Source: an uncultured Methanosarcinales archaeon | Lineage (GTDB): Archaea; Nanobdellota; Nanobdellia; Woesearchaeales; GW2011-AR9 | Assembly (NCBI GenBank): GCA_964632045.1 | Contig: CAZWBB010000004.1 | Coordinates: forward strand, 18,615-82,614 | Reading direction: 5' to 3' | Length of the DNA stretch: 64,000 nucleotides | Made by a program: the position numbers and the translations under genes | Part shown: positions 38,322 to 48,840 of the stretch, piece after piece | Numbering within the stretch: the stretch's first letter is position 1 | Layout: each line of letters begins with the position of its first letter | The notes under the pieces: generated by a model | Database searches by the model: none | What the model saw: the letters and a program-made list of their open reading frames with translations, nothing else | What the model was told of the DNA's origin: nothing

Positions 38322-40400
38322 ATGCTTGAAAAAATATTGAAGATCGGTCTGACCACCGCTGTTTTAGGGATTGGAGCATTAACCTACAGTGCATGCGGCG
38401 TGAATAGTTTTGAAGGAGACGGACAGATAGATATTGGTTATAGTACTATAGATGCTGGTTATGTCCAGGATGTATCAGGCAACGATAACGTTGTTGTATG
38501 CAGTGATAAAGATATGGATGGATTTGCTGATAATGCTGGTTGTGGGACACAAGTTGATTGCAACGACAGAGATGCGGAAATCAATCCAGGTAAAGCAGAG
38601 CTTCCAGACGGAGTTGACAATAATTGTGACGGACAGATCGATGATGATTTTTCCGTACGGTATGATGATTTTGATGATCATCCTGAGAATTTTCAGACCG
38701 GACCTTGTTCTTTTGACCACACTCCAATCACCTATGCTTTCGACAATTTTACCCCGGACATGAATGGTGTAGATGTCCAAGCTTCGTTTTCGAGAGCTTT
38801 TTCCCTATGGGAGAATCAAACCAGCCTGAGGTTCGAAGAGATTGCAAGTGTGGGTGAAGCGGACATTGTGATTCTGTTTGATACGTTTGGGCACACGTGG
38901 AGCGATGGTAACGCTTGTTTTCCTTTTGACGGCCCATATGATGTATTGGCCCATGCCTATCATCCGTGCTATTCTTCCCCCATCACGGAAGGCCATTTTG
39001 ATGACTCTGAAGACTGGACAGATGACATTAGGAATAGTGTATATCAACCGATTGATATGGATACAGTTGCAGCACATGAGATTGGTCACATGTTGGGACT
39101 ACATCATTCAGATGTTGATACGGCATTGATGGCTCCTTTATATGTTGGTTCGCACCGTTATCTTGACCAGGATGACGTAGATGGTATTCAGGCACTGTAT
39201 CCTGGGGACTTGCCCCCTCCATGCAATGATGACGATGGTGATGGCTATGGGAATCCAGGGATCTATTCCTGCCGATTAGGGGAGCAGGATGACTGCGATG
39301 ACTCAAATGTTGCTATTCATCCCAATGCGGATGAACTCTGTGACCTTCTGGACAATGACTGCAATGGATTAGTCGATGAGGATCCAGATAACTGGAGTTC
39401 AGACTGTGGCTCATGTCTTGATACAGATGGAGATGGTTACGGCGAGTTGGGATCAAATTTGTCAAGTTGTCTATATCCAAATCAGGTTGATTGTAACAAC
39501 GATAACGCGGATATGTATCCTGGTGCTCCAGAATTTTGTGACGCAAAAGACAACAACTGCAATGGTGAGATAGATGAAGACCCTGGCTTCTATAATAACT
39601 GTGGAAGTTGCGGTCCTGATGAGCTTGGAATTGGTGATACCTGTGGAGAGTGTGGATCTGTTCAGTGCAGAAACGGAGGTGGAGTAGAATGTAATGATCC
39701 ATGTGAATGTCCCGGTCACCCTGAGATGATCCGGAAAGGAGATTATTGCATCGATAAATGGGAAAATTCTGTGTGGAGCAGTTCTCAGTGTAATGGAAGG
39801 CAGTGGGGATTGGGAAGGGATGATTGGCTAGGGGAATTTCCAGTAAATGTTCACAGCAGGGGATTGGTCCGTGGGGGAAATACGCATTGGCCGAGCTATT
39901 GTTGCATAGATGCAGGTGTGATGCTCTATGCCTGTTCAAAGGCAGGAGTGATCCCAGCTTATCAAGTTACCTGGTTCAGAGCAAGAAAGGCTTGCGAGAA
40001 TTCCGATAAGAGACTCTGTACCAGAGAAGAGTGGGTTGATGGCTGTGATGGTCAGGTTGGAGACGGTGGCTGTGAATATGGTACAAACTCATGCGACAGT
40101 CTCCCAGATGGTGTGTGTAACCTGCAGGATGGGTTAGGTCAGATCGCCCCGACTGGTTCATTTCAAGGTTGCAGAAGTGCAGGGGGTGCCTTTGATATGA
40201 CCGGGAATCTGTCAGAAGTGTTTGAAGACCATTTCATCCAGCATGGTAACAAGTACAGGAATTACTGTACAAGTACTGGGTACGACTGGCCGTTTGACCA
40301 AAACCATATACACGACTGCAGCACAGAGGGTGAAAGCTGTCGCAGTGATGCAGGCATGGTCGAGAATCATCGGGGTTTCAGATGTTGTGTTGATCTTTAG
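38322..40400 (+). CDS. Putative lipoprotein: MopE-like Cys/Asp repeats, matrixin (M10) metalloprotease, FGE-sulfatase/C-type-lectin-fold domain
   Basis: DCND..INPG..E..DG.DNNCDG repeats; FDG...LAHAY, HFDDSE.W, HEIGHMLGLHHS, ALMAP; KRLCT..EW, FDMTGNLSE, GFRCC. Confidence 0.9.
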   Translation: MLEKILKIGLTTAVLGIGALTYSACGVNSFEGDGQIDIGYSTIDAGYVQDVSGNDNVVVCSDKDMDGFADNAGCGTQVDCNDRDAEINPGKAELPDGVDNNCDGQIDDDFSVRYDDFDDHPENFQTGPCSFDHTPITYAFDNFTPDMNGVDVQASFSRAFSLWENQTSLRFEEIASVGEADIVILFDTFGHTWSDGNACFPFDGPYDVLAHAYHPCYSSPITEGHFDDSEDWTDDIRNSVYQPIDMDTVAAHEIGHMLGLHHSDVDTALMAPLYVGSHRYLDQDDVDGIQALYPGDLPPPCNDDDGDGYGNPGIYSCRLGEQDDCDDSNVAIHPNADELCDLLDNDCNGLVDEDPDNWSSDCGSCLDTDGDGYGELGSNLSSCLYPNQVDCNNDNADMYPGAPEFCDAKDNNCNGEIDEDPGFYNNCGSCGPDELGIGDTCGECGSVQCRNGGGVECNDPCECPGHPEMIRKGDYCIDKWENSVWSSSQCNGRQWGLGRDDWLGEFPVNVHSRGLVRGGNTHWPSYCCIDAGVMLYACSKAGVIPAYQVTWFRARKACENSDKRLCTREEWVDGCDGQVGDGGCEYGTNSCDSLPDGVCNLQDGLGQIAPTGSFQGCRSAGGAFDMTGNLSEVFEDHFIQHGNKYRNYCTSTGYDWPFDQNHIHDCSTEGESCRSDAGMVENHRGFRCCVDL

Positions 40401-40430
40401 GAATGTTCAATAGATACAAGGGGAAAGCTT

Positions 40431-41894
40431 ATGTCAAAATTGAAAGAAATCATCTATAGTTTTGGAGCAGTAGCTCTCTTGATGGGAGCAACTTCCTGTG
40501 ATGATGGTCAGGAATTGGACAGTTCCCGTGAATTTGAGAAGATTGAGGATGCAGGGGTTGCTTATGACAGTACGGAGCAGGGGGAAGTGCCTAACCTGGA
40601 TATTGGCGATCTCCCCGGCGAGTTAACAGTCTGCTGGAGGGATGAAGATGGAGATGATTATCCAGCTAAAGGAAAACAGATAAGGACAAGGTATGAATGT
40701 CCTGAAGGAACAGCTGAAGCGGAGTGCACGGATCATCCCAGCTGCTTCGACTGTGATGATAGTGATGAGCGCATAAATCCCGGGGCGCAAGAGATATGTA
40801 ACGGGATCGATGATGATTGTGATGGTGTGATTGATGGTAATCTGACCAGGCAATGCCACTCAATCTGTGGAGAGGGACTTGAGTATTGCATCGATGGAGA
40901 TTATCAGGACTGCGATGCTCGTGTTCCTAGTGATGAGGTATGCGACGGTATTGACAATGATTGTGATGGTGAAACCGATGAAGGACTATTTGAGTTGTTC
41001 TTTCGGGATCATGATCAGGATGGCTATGGGAATCCGAATGATACGATAGAAGCATGCCAGTGTCCTGACGGGTATACACAAGACAATACAGATTGCGATG
41101 ATGATAATCCTTTTGCCCATGAGTATATCACATGTATCCATGATGAGAACCGCTGTGGATCTTTCCAGCTCTGCATAGATCCTTGCCCACCCCCTCCCGA
41201 AGAAATCTGCGATGGGATAGATAATGATTGCAATGGTTTGATTGATGAGATTGAATGCTGTGAGGAAGGTGATGTGAGAGATGTGGTTGAATGTCCACCT
41301 TCACCTCAAAGTTTTGTATTTGTAATTGATAATTCGGGAAGTATGCGTGAGAGGAGTGATCCTAATTATGTGCGGTATGCTGGTTTGAGGGGGTTTGTCG
41401 AACTTATGGATGATGAGGATGAGGCAGCAATAATTGCTTTTACTAATAACATGCAGGTCTATTGTGGTAACTTCTCTTCTGATCGTGACGCTCTGATGGA
41501 TTGCATCACCCAGGCAAGACAGTTTAGTCTGGGTGGAAGTACGGACATTGATCCGCCAATGTATCAAGCAATTGATATTGTGTCAGGAAGAAATAACCGC
41601 AAAATAATCATACTTCTTACTGATGGTGTTGACGCTAATGGTGATTATGACGCTGATAATATTCGCATCACTGCAGAAAATAGGAGAGCAACAATATACG
41701 CTTTGGGTTTTGGAGAGGCTGATGAGGAAGCACTAAGGCAGACTATTACTGCCGATGGAAGTTATTCTTTGATTAATAATGCTGAGGAAATTCCTGGCTT
41801 GTATGAACAAATCTTTCAGCATAGTAATTATGAGTCGTGGAGAGAGTGTGATAGAAATGGTATGTGGATAGAAAGACAGGGGGAGTGTGAATAA
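40431..41894 (+). CDS. Putative lipoprotein: MopE-like repeats plus vWA domain
   Basis: ATSC lipobox-like site; repeats; MIDAS DNSGS, GST, LTDG. Confidence 0.9.
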   Translation: MSKLKEIIYSFGAVALLMGATSCDDGQELDSSREFEKIEDAGVAYDSTEQGEVPNLDIGDLPGELTVCWRDEDGDDYPAKGKQIRTRYECPEGTAEAECTDHPSCFDCDDSDERINPGAQEICNGIDDDCDGVIDGNLTRQCHSICGEGLEYCIDGDYQDCDARVPSDEVCDGIDNDCDGETDEGLFELFFRDHDQDGYGNPNDTIEACQCPDGYTQDNTDCDDDNPFAHEYITCIHDENRCGSFQLCIDPCPPPPEEICDGIDNDCNGLIDEIECCEEGDVRDVVECPPSPQSFVFVIDNSGSMRERSDPNYVRYAGLRGFVELMDDEDEAAIIAFTNNMQVYCGNFSSDRDALMDCITQARQFSLGGSTDIDPPMYQAIDIVSGRNNRKIIILLTDGVDANGDYDADNIRITAENRRATIYALGFGEADEEALRQTITADGSYSLINNAEEIPGLYEQIFQHSNYESWRECDRNGMWIERQGECE

Positions 41895-43726
41895 TGATTA
41901 AAAATATCATATATTCAGTGGTTGGATTAACTCTCTTATCTGGATGCGGTGATATGAGCCGTCCAATGGACCATTCAATTGATGAACCAGAAGTGAAGAA
42001 TGATACTGAAAAGGACGATGTAAATTCCAACGTAGACTACTATTTTAATGGTGACTTGGTTGATAGGATTGCTGGTGACAAAAATCAGCTGAATCCGTAT
42101 GACTTCAGAAACGAGAATGGAAATGCACCTACTTTTCCTGATTACAACAATGGTTGGAAAGAGCGGGTAATTGCATGTTTCCTGGATGCTGATGGAGATG
42201 GTTATGGAATAAAAGAGATCCAGATAAGAGATGTTGAATGCCCTCCTGGCTATGCTGGATTCAACGGTCTGTTTGATTGCGATGATGACAATGAACTTAT
42301 CTATCCTGATGCCCAAGAGTTGTGTGATTATTGGGATAATGATTGTGATGGTCTTATTGATGAGGATTGTCTATGCAGGATGGAAGAGGGAAAATTATGC
42401 GGCAGCAGTGATGTTGGAGAATGCCGCTATGGAATACAGGTATGTGATTTATATGGAGACTGGGGAGAGTGCGATTGCAATGTCGAGCCGGCAGAGGAAG
42501 TATGCGATGGATTGGACAATGATTGCGACGGCAGGGTGGATGAAGGTGTACAGGCAACGTACTATGAGGATGAGGATGGAGACAGTTTTGGTAATGCGCA
42601 AGTGGAAGTCAATCACTGCTTTCTACCGGAAGGTTACGTCGAAAATATGCTGGATTGCGATGATGGCAATGCAGATATCTACCCTGACGCTCCGGAGTTG
42701 TGCGACTACTGGGACAACGACTGTGATGGTGAGACGGATGAAGATTGCGTCTGTATCAAAGGAGAGACACAACAGTGCGGTAGGATTGACATCGGGGAAT
42801 GTGAATACGGCACTCAAACATGTGACATTAATGGGGGCTGGGGTGAGTGTATAGGCAGGATCGTCCCCAGATCAGATTTCTGTGACGGGCTGGACAATGA
42901 TTGTGATGGGGAGACTGATGAAAGATATAATGCAGGAGAAGTCTGTTACACAGGAAGGGGGGAATGCAGAAGAGAAGGGATCTTTCATTGCACAGAAAAC
43001 ACGATAGACACTATTTGTGATGCCATCGCCGGTGAACCAGGAGAAGAATTTTGTGGAGATGATCTTGATAATGACTGTGACGGAAGAACTGATGAAGATT
43101 GCTGTCGGCAGGGAATGATCAGAGATGTTGTTAGGTGCCCTTATTTTCCACATAGTTTCTCTTTTGTAATCGACAACTCCGGGAGTATGTTAAGTAATGA
43201 TCCAACTAATATCAGATATCGTGGTTCGCACGACTTTGTGAATTCGATGCGCAATACAGACGAAGCAAGCGTCATGGTTTTCGCAAGAAGACATGAGGTT
43301 GTATGTGGTTTCACTTCTGACAAAGAAGATCTTAGAGATTGCTTTATTGAAGCAGAGAACTATGATGTTGACAGTGGTGCAACTAATATTGGTCCTGCTT
43401 TATCAGATGCGATAGATGACATCTCTTTGAGAATTGCAAGAAAAGTGATCATCCTCCTAACAGATGGAGATAGTGATTATAATGAGAACTCGATGAGGAT
43501 AAGGGCTGAGCAGAATGGGATTAGCGTTTACACTCTTGGGCTGGGTGCCGCGGACGAACAGAGTCTCATGGCAACAGCAACACCGGATGGTGGATACTTT
43601 GGCATCGATGAAGTAGAAGAGATTCCTGCTCTTTACAACCGGATCTTCCGGGAAAGAAGGAACCAGTCGTGGGAATCATGCAACGAGCGCGGGATGTGGG
43701 TAGAAAGGAGGGGAAATTGTCGATGA
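41894..43726 (+). CDS. Putative lipoprotein: MopE-like repeats plus vWA domain
   Basis: LSGC; many DNDCDG repeats; DNSGS, GATN, LTDG. Confidence 0.9.
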   Translation: MIKNIIYSVVGLTLLSGCGDMSRPMDHSIDEPEVKNDTEKDDVNSNVDYYFNGDLVDRIAGDKNQLNPYDFRNENGNAPTFPDYNNGWKERVIACFLDADGDGYGIKEIQIRDVECPPGYAGFNGLFDCDDDNELIYPDAQELCDYWDNDCDGLIDEDCLCRMEEGKLCGSSDVGECRYGIQVCDLYGDWGECDCNVEPAEEVCDGLDNDCDGRVDEGVQATYYEDEDGDSFGNAQVEVNHCFLPEGYVENMLDCDDGNADIYPDAPELCDYWDNDCDGETDEDCVCIKGETQQCGRIDIGECEYGTQTCDINGGWGECIGRIVPRSDFCDGLDNDCDGETDERYNAGEVCYTGRGECRREGIFHCTENTIDTICDAIAGEPGEEFCGDDLDNDCDGRTDEDCCRQGMIRDVVRCPYFPHSFSFVIDNSGSMLSNDPTNIRYRGSHDFVNSMRNTDEASVMVFARRHEVVCGFTSDKEDLRDCFIEAENYDVDSGATNIGPALSDAIDDISLRIARKVIILLTDGDSDYNENSMRIRAEQNGISVYTLGLGAADEQSLMATATPDGGYFGIDEVEEIPALYNRIFRERRNQSWESCNERGMWVERRGNCR

Positions 43727-45789
43727 TGATGAAAGAAGGGATTGGAATGATCCTGTATGGGGTTGCAGGACTGGCTGCCCTGGTTGGTTGCGAAAGCGAA
43801 GCTCCTCGTTATGGGGTGGTGGCAGATGCAGGAGCGGATGCAGAATTTACTGAAGTAAATGATGCAGGTATGGATAAAAGGATGGATATTAGCACAGATA
43901 CAAGAATTGGTACTGCAGGAAATGCAGAACATGATTTTGATATTGGTGCTAGAAACGTGCTTGCCTGTTTCAAAGACTGGGATGGAGATGGTTTCCCAGT
44001 CAAGGAAGATCAAGTCTGGGATGAGATCTGTCCGGAAGGATACATTCAATATGATCGAAGGGCCTTTGATTGTGATGATGAAGATGCTCATAGACATCCT
44101 GGGGTTGTGGAGTTATGTGATGGGGTAGATAGTAATTGTGATGGGGCTGTGGATGAGGGCTGTTATTGTATAACAGGAGAATCCCAAGTGTGTGGAAGTA
44201 CTGATGTCGGACAGTGTACCTACGGCTCTCAAACATGCGATGTATATGGACGATGGAGTGAATGTGAAGGCAATGTTGAACCTTCTGAAGAGGTGTGTGA
44301 TATTCGCGATAATGACTGCGATGGTGGGATAGATGAAGGTACAAAAATAGTGGCCTGCAGGGACAGAGATCACGACGGCTTCGGAGACCGTTTTGAATTT
44401 ATCGAAACTTGTGAGCATTTGATAGGAACTCCTCCTTTAGGCGGTTATGTGGTTGACTGCACCGATTGTAATGATCATGAGAGTGACATAAATCCAGAAG
44501 CGGTAGAACTTTGTGATCTTCGCGACAACAATTGCGATGGTGAAGTAAATGGAGGCTTCCCTGACTGGGGGCAACCATGTGCTGTGGGGGTGGGAGGATG
44601 TCAAAGGGAGGGAGTAAATAATTGTAGTGAGGACGGGCTGGAGGTGATTTGTAGTGCTGTTGAAGGACAGCCAAGTGAAGAAATATGTGATGGGATAGAT
44701 AACGATTGCGATGGTATCTTGGACAATAATGAGATAGAATACGTGCAGCTAACTGAACATTGTCCCCCTGATTTGGTGGAGGACAAAAGGCCGTTGTTTT
44801 CCCCGGATGGTTCAACAATCGCTTTCTTAAGGTACGCTGAGAGAAGATATGAAGGGGTGTTTGTAATAGATATTGATGGAGAGAATGAGAGGAAACTATT
44901 TGATGGTTTTGGCAGATATGTCTGGCATCAAGACGGAAGTAAATTATACTTTGCATCTGAATCAGATAACACAGTCAGCTCTATCGATACAGATGGAAAT
45001 AATAGAAGAGAGCTACTGCAGCTTAATACTAATGTGAAAGCAATCTTTCACAACAACGGAGATCTGTTAGTAGCGTATCAGCAAGACCAAAATTTTCAAA
45101 TACGTTCAATTAACTCTGGGATGGATATCTTTAGTGAATTACTTCCGCAGGTGAATGAGATATACATATCTCCTGATGGATCAAAATGTGTTTTTCATAT
45201 CTATGCGGGATTCTGTCCAGAAGCAGACTGTTATCGTTATCACCTCTGGAATCGACATACGGATGAGTTCCGGCAAATGACGGATAATCTACCCTATTTA
45301 CTCGCAACAAAAGATTTTTGGTTTCCTGATAATATCAGGTTTGCTTTCACAAAGTCGGTAGACCAAGATGATCCCGGATTTGTACCAGGTCAACCTGATC
45401 TTATTCCTCAAGTGATAGACACCAACACTGGGATTATTCAGGATTTGATTGTTAGGAATTGTATTGGTGAAAGAGGAGAGGAAAAACCTTGTGGTGGTGC
45501 ATTACTTGGTATCTCTGGTGATGGCCAGAAAGTTTTTCTTAATGGATTTGTAGGGGGGGCATTTCTAAGAGAGGGGATTCTAGGGGGGGCATTTAATCTC
45601 TACTTCCCTGAAGTTGATCAAGGGATGATCTCAGATCTGGCATTCCTCTGGAATCCAATTGACTTTTCACCGGATAGCAGGTCATTGGTAAGTTCAAATA
45701 ATCCTTTCCATCATTGTTATGGACTGTTCAAACTCACGCTTCCATACAATCCAGAGATTGATTATGAACCATATTGGTTGAGTTTATGA
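43723..45789 (+). CDS. Putative lipoprotein: MopE-like repeats plus TolB/PD40-like beta-propeller
   Basis: LVGC; repeats; PLFSPDGSTIAF, ISPDGSK, FSPDSR. Confidence 0.85.
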   Translation: MMMKEGIGMILYGVAGLAALVGCESEAPRYGVVADAGADAEFTEVNDAGMDKRMDISTDTRIGTAGNAEHDFDIGARNVLACFKDWDGDGFPVKEDQVWDEICPEGYIQYDRRAFDCDDEDAHRHPGVVELCDGVDSNCDGAVDEGCYCITGESQVCGSTDVGQCTYGSQTCDVYGRWSECEGNVEPSEEVCDIRDNDCDGGIDEGTKIVACRDRDHDGFGDRFEFIETCEHLIGTPPLGGYVVDCTDCNDHESDINPEAVELCDLRDNNCDGEVNGGFPDWGQPCAVGVGGCQREGVNNCSEDGLEVICSAVEGQPSEEICDGIDNDCDGILDNNEIEYVQLTEHCPPDLVEDKRPLFSPDGSTIAFLRYAERRYEGVFVIDIDGENERKLFDGFGRYVWHQDGSKLYFASESDNTVSSIDTDGNNRRELLQLNTNVKAIFHNNGDLLVAYQQDQNFQIRSINSGMDIFSELLPQVNEIYISPDGSKCVFHIYAGFCPEADCYRYHLWNRHTDEFRQMTDNLPYLLATKDFWFPDNIRFAFTKSVDQDDPGFVPGQPDLIPQVIDTNTGIIQDLIVRNCIGERGEEKPCGGALLGISGDGQKVFLNGFVGGAFLREGILGGAFNLYFPEVDQGMISDLAFLWNPIDFSPDSRSLVSSNNPFHHCYGLFKLTLPYNPEIDYEPYWLSL

Positions 45790-45836
45790 AAATGAAAAAA
45801 TGTGTGATTTGAGGATCATACTATTGGAGGAATAAA

Positions 45837-48806
45837 ATGTTAGGAAAAAAAATTGAATGTATATTGAGGAAGCATCCAGCGATAGGATTGATGATAGGGG
45901 TGGCAGGTTTAGCTTATGGTTGTGATGACGTCCCAGATAATCATGCAGATAACGACTATACAACGCATACTTCTACTGGAAGTGACGATCCTTCTGGGAA
46001 TCAACCACAGTCACATGATTCTGGGAATAATGGTCCTGCTGTTGATGCTGGTAATCCTCAACTAGAAGATCCAGCTTCAAACAATGCAGATTGTTCAATA
46101 CGATACTTCTTAGATAATGATAGAGATGGCGCAACACCAAACAAAGCAACCTGGATTTGTACAGAAGAAGATGGCTATGCAGCATCCTTTGCACCTTATA
46201 GCGTCGAGTTTGACTGTGATGATAATAATGAGAACATAAATCCAAATGCGGATGAACTATGTGATGGGTTGGACAATAATTGTGACTTGCAGGTGGATGA
46301 AGAGTGTGATTGTAGTGACGGAGAGACAAAACGATGTGGCAGTAGTGAAGAAGGAGAATGTTCATACGGTATACAGACCTGCAACATCAACGGCGCATGG
46401 GCTGTATGTGTCGGAAATGTTGAACCCGTGGATGAGATCTGTGATGATCTGGACAATAATTGTGATGGGACGACCGATGAAGGGATCACTCGGGATTGTT
46501 CCAACAATTGTGGAGCTGGCCTGGAGGAATGTATCGCAGGGATATGGCGAAATTGTGATGCTCCACAGGTAGAGATGGAACGGTGCGACGGGGAGGACAA
46601 TGATTGTGACAGTGTTGTTGACAACGACTGCATCAACACTTTTGAAAGTGTCTATAGTCTCAATACAGTTGATGAAGCGATGGCTGTGCAGCAAACAGTT
46701 GATGGAGGGTACATCTTTGTTGGTTACACAGGATTCAATGAGCAGTATGATGCTTTTCTCATTAAGACTGATGCCTTCGGGAATGAAGAATGGTCAAACG
46801 TGTACGGTGGACAAGGTGATGAACAGGCTTTCTCAGTTCAACAGTCGGCAGATGGCGGGTATGTTTTTGTGGGGTGGACAGAATCTTATGGGAACGGCGG
46901 CAAAGATGTCTATCTTGTGAAAGTAGATGGAGTTGGTGACGAAATACTTGAAGAGACTTTTGGTGGGGTTGAGGATGAGGTCGGTTTCTCACTGAATGTG
47001 AACCAAGACGGCAGTCTGGTAATGACCGGAAGAGCAAACTCTGAGGAGGGGGCTGGCCAAGATGTATTCCTTCTTAAGACAGATGAACTGGGAAGTGAAG
47101 ATTGGTTCAGGACTTATGGTGGGATGGGAGATGAAAAAGGGCTTTCAGTAATCGAAGATTCCAACCAAGATTTTGTTGTTGCTGGCGTCAGACATTCCTT
47201 TGGCGGAAGCGGACTTGACATTCTGCTCTTGAAAGCAGACAGGCAAGGAAATCTTGAGTGGTCACGTACTTATGGAGAAGGAGGTGATGAGACTGCATTT
47301 GAGATTAAGGAAGCCGTTGACAGGAGTCTGATAGCTGTAGGAAAGACAAATTCTGAGGGGGCTGGTCTGGATGATATCTGCCTGCTCAAGACATCAGGAG
47401 ATGGAAGGGAGATCTGGAAGAGAACGTATGGTGGAGCGTTCAATGAAGAAGGACAGTCAGTTCAGTTGACCACAGATGATAATCTTGTGATAGTTGGAAG
47501 CGAGCAGTCAGAAGAAGGCGGGGATACTGATCTCTATCTGGTCAAAGTTGATCTGGATGGACGTGAGTTGTGGTCAAAGAATTATGGAGGGATGGATAAT
47601 GAGAGAGGATACTTTATACAGGAGACAGTAGATGGTGGTTTTGTTGCTGCGGGACATATCGAATCTAGAAGAGACCGATCCAAGTCTGTCTACATGATCC
47701 GTACTAATGAGGCTGGAGACGTACAACGACATAAAGCGTATGGTACTTCTTCAGATGAAGTTGGACTGGAGGTCATAATCGATGGTGAAGATAGTGTTGT
47801 AGTGGGTTGGACAGAGGCAGCTGCGAATATGGCCAAACAGGCTGTAGTTATGAAGTATGACTCTGAGGGAAATCAGCTTTGGCAAAGCTTGATGGGTGAA
47901 GAGCTGGATGAAGTTGGTCAAACAATTGTAAAAGGCTCTGACGGTAATTATGTAATAGCTGGAAGTGTTGGTAATGATGAACCCCATAGCAAAGATATCT
48001 ATTTGTCAGGATTAGATGTTAACGGTAACCCTGTCTGGAGTAATTCATTTGGAGGGCCCAGGACAGATGTTGCATCGCAGATAAAGAGCCTACCAGATGA
48101 GGGATACCTTCTCGTAGGATCATCAGATTCTCAGGGAGAAGAGGATATGGATGTCTATTTAGCTAAAGTTGACATGATGGGAATTCCTATCTGGCAGATG
48201 CACTATGGAGGGGCAGGTAATCAAGTGGGGATGGCAGTTGAAGTGCAGGACGACGGGTTTGTGATAGCAGGCTATCGGGAATCTTTTGGCAACGGTGGAA
48301 ATGATATCTATGTGTTGAAGACTGACACTCAGGGCAGTCTCAGATGGTCGCAACCGTTTGGCGGAGATAAGGACGATATTGCCTATGCGATCAGAGCGGA
48401 GGGCGGGGGATATGTCATAGCCGGTAGCACAGAATCAGAAGGTGCTGGTGGGAAAGACGCTTTCCTGCTGAGGATAGATGATCAAGGTTTTCAAGAGTGG
48501 TTTAGGTCATATGGAGGGGTGGATGATGAGGTTGCCTATTCCATCTTACCAGGGAATCGAGAATCACTTTACCTGGTCGGTTCTACCTCTTCTTTCGGAG
48601 CTGGTGGAAAAGATGTTTATCTGGTAAAAGCTGATGGAGACGGTAGGCAGCAGTTCTTCAGGGCTTTTGGAGGTCATGACGATGATGAAGGTCGCTCAAT
48701 AGTTGCTTCTGGGGATGAATTCATCATCTCTGGTTGGACAGATTCCTTCGGAGCAGGAGGGAAGAATATCTACATCATACGGACGGATGAGGATGGTAAT
48801 CTATGA
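45837..48806 (+). CDS. Putative lipoprotein: MopE-like repeats plus about 14 beta-propeller blade repeats
   Basis: LAYGC; repeated W..(Y/F)GG...(D/E)....T.DGG....G...S.G.G..DVYL.K.D..G unit. Confidence 0.88.
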   Translation: MLGKKIECILRKHPAIGLMIGVAGLAYGCDDVPDNHADNDYTTHTSTGSDDPSGNQPQSHDSGNNGPAVDAGNPQLEDPASNNADCSIRYFLDNDRDGATPNKATWICTEEDGYAASFAPYSVEFDCDDNNENINPNADELCDGLDNNCDLQVDEECDCSDGETKRCGSSEEGECSYGIQTCNINGAWAVCVGNVEPVDEICDDLDNNCDGTTDEGITRDCSNNCGAGLEECIAGIWRNCDAPQVEMERCDGEDNDCDSVVDNDCINTFESVYSLNTVDEAMAVQQTVDGGYIFVGYTGFNEQYDAFLIKTDAFGNEEWSNVYGGQGDEQAFSVQQSADGGYVFVGWTESYGNGGKDVYLVKVDGVGDEILEETFGGVEDEVGFSLNVNQDGSLVMTGRANSEEGAGQDVFLLKTDELGSEDWFRTYGGMGDEKGLSVIEDSNQDFVVAGVRHSFGGSGLDILLLKADRQGNLEWSRTYGEGGDETAFEIKEAVDRSLIAVGKTNSEGAGLDDICLLKTSGDGREIWKRTYGGAFNEEGQSVQLTTDDNLVIVGSEQSEEGGDTDLYLVKVDLDGRELWSKNYGGMDNERGYFIQETVDGGFVAAGHIESRRDRSKSVYMIRTNEAGDVQRHKAYGTSSDEVGLEVIIDGEDSVVVGWTEAAANMAKQAVVMKYDSEGNQLWQSLMGEELDEVGQTIVKGSDGNYVIAGSVGNDEPHSKDIYLSGLDVNGNPVWSNSFGGPRTDVASQIKSLPDEGYLLVGSSDSQGEEDMDVYLAKVDMMGIPIWQMHYGGAGNQVGMAVEVQDDGFVIAGYRESFGNGGNDIYVLKTDTQGSLRWSQPFGGDKDDIAYAIRAEGGGYVIAGSTESEGAGGKDAFLLRIDDQGFQEWFRSYGGVDDEVAYSILPGNRESLYLVGSTSSFGAGGKDVYLVKADGDGRQQFFRAFGGHDDDEGRSIVASGDEFIISGWTDSFGAGGKNIYIIRTDEDGNL

Positions 48807-48840
48807 GACCAATTGAGCATCAGATAGGGGAGGTATAAAA

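Noticed and set aside
38260..40400. Diversity-generating retroelement TR/VR pair at the duplicated GFRCC ends
   Set aside because: Similarity is short, mismatches are synonymous rather than adenine-specific, and there is no reverse transcriptase in the window
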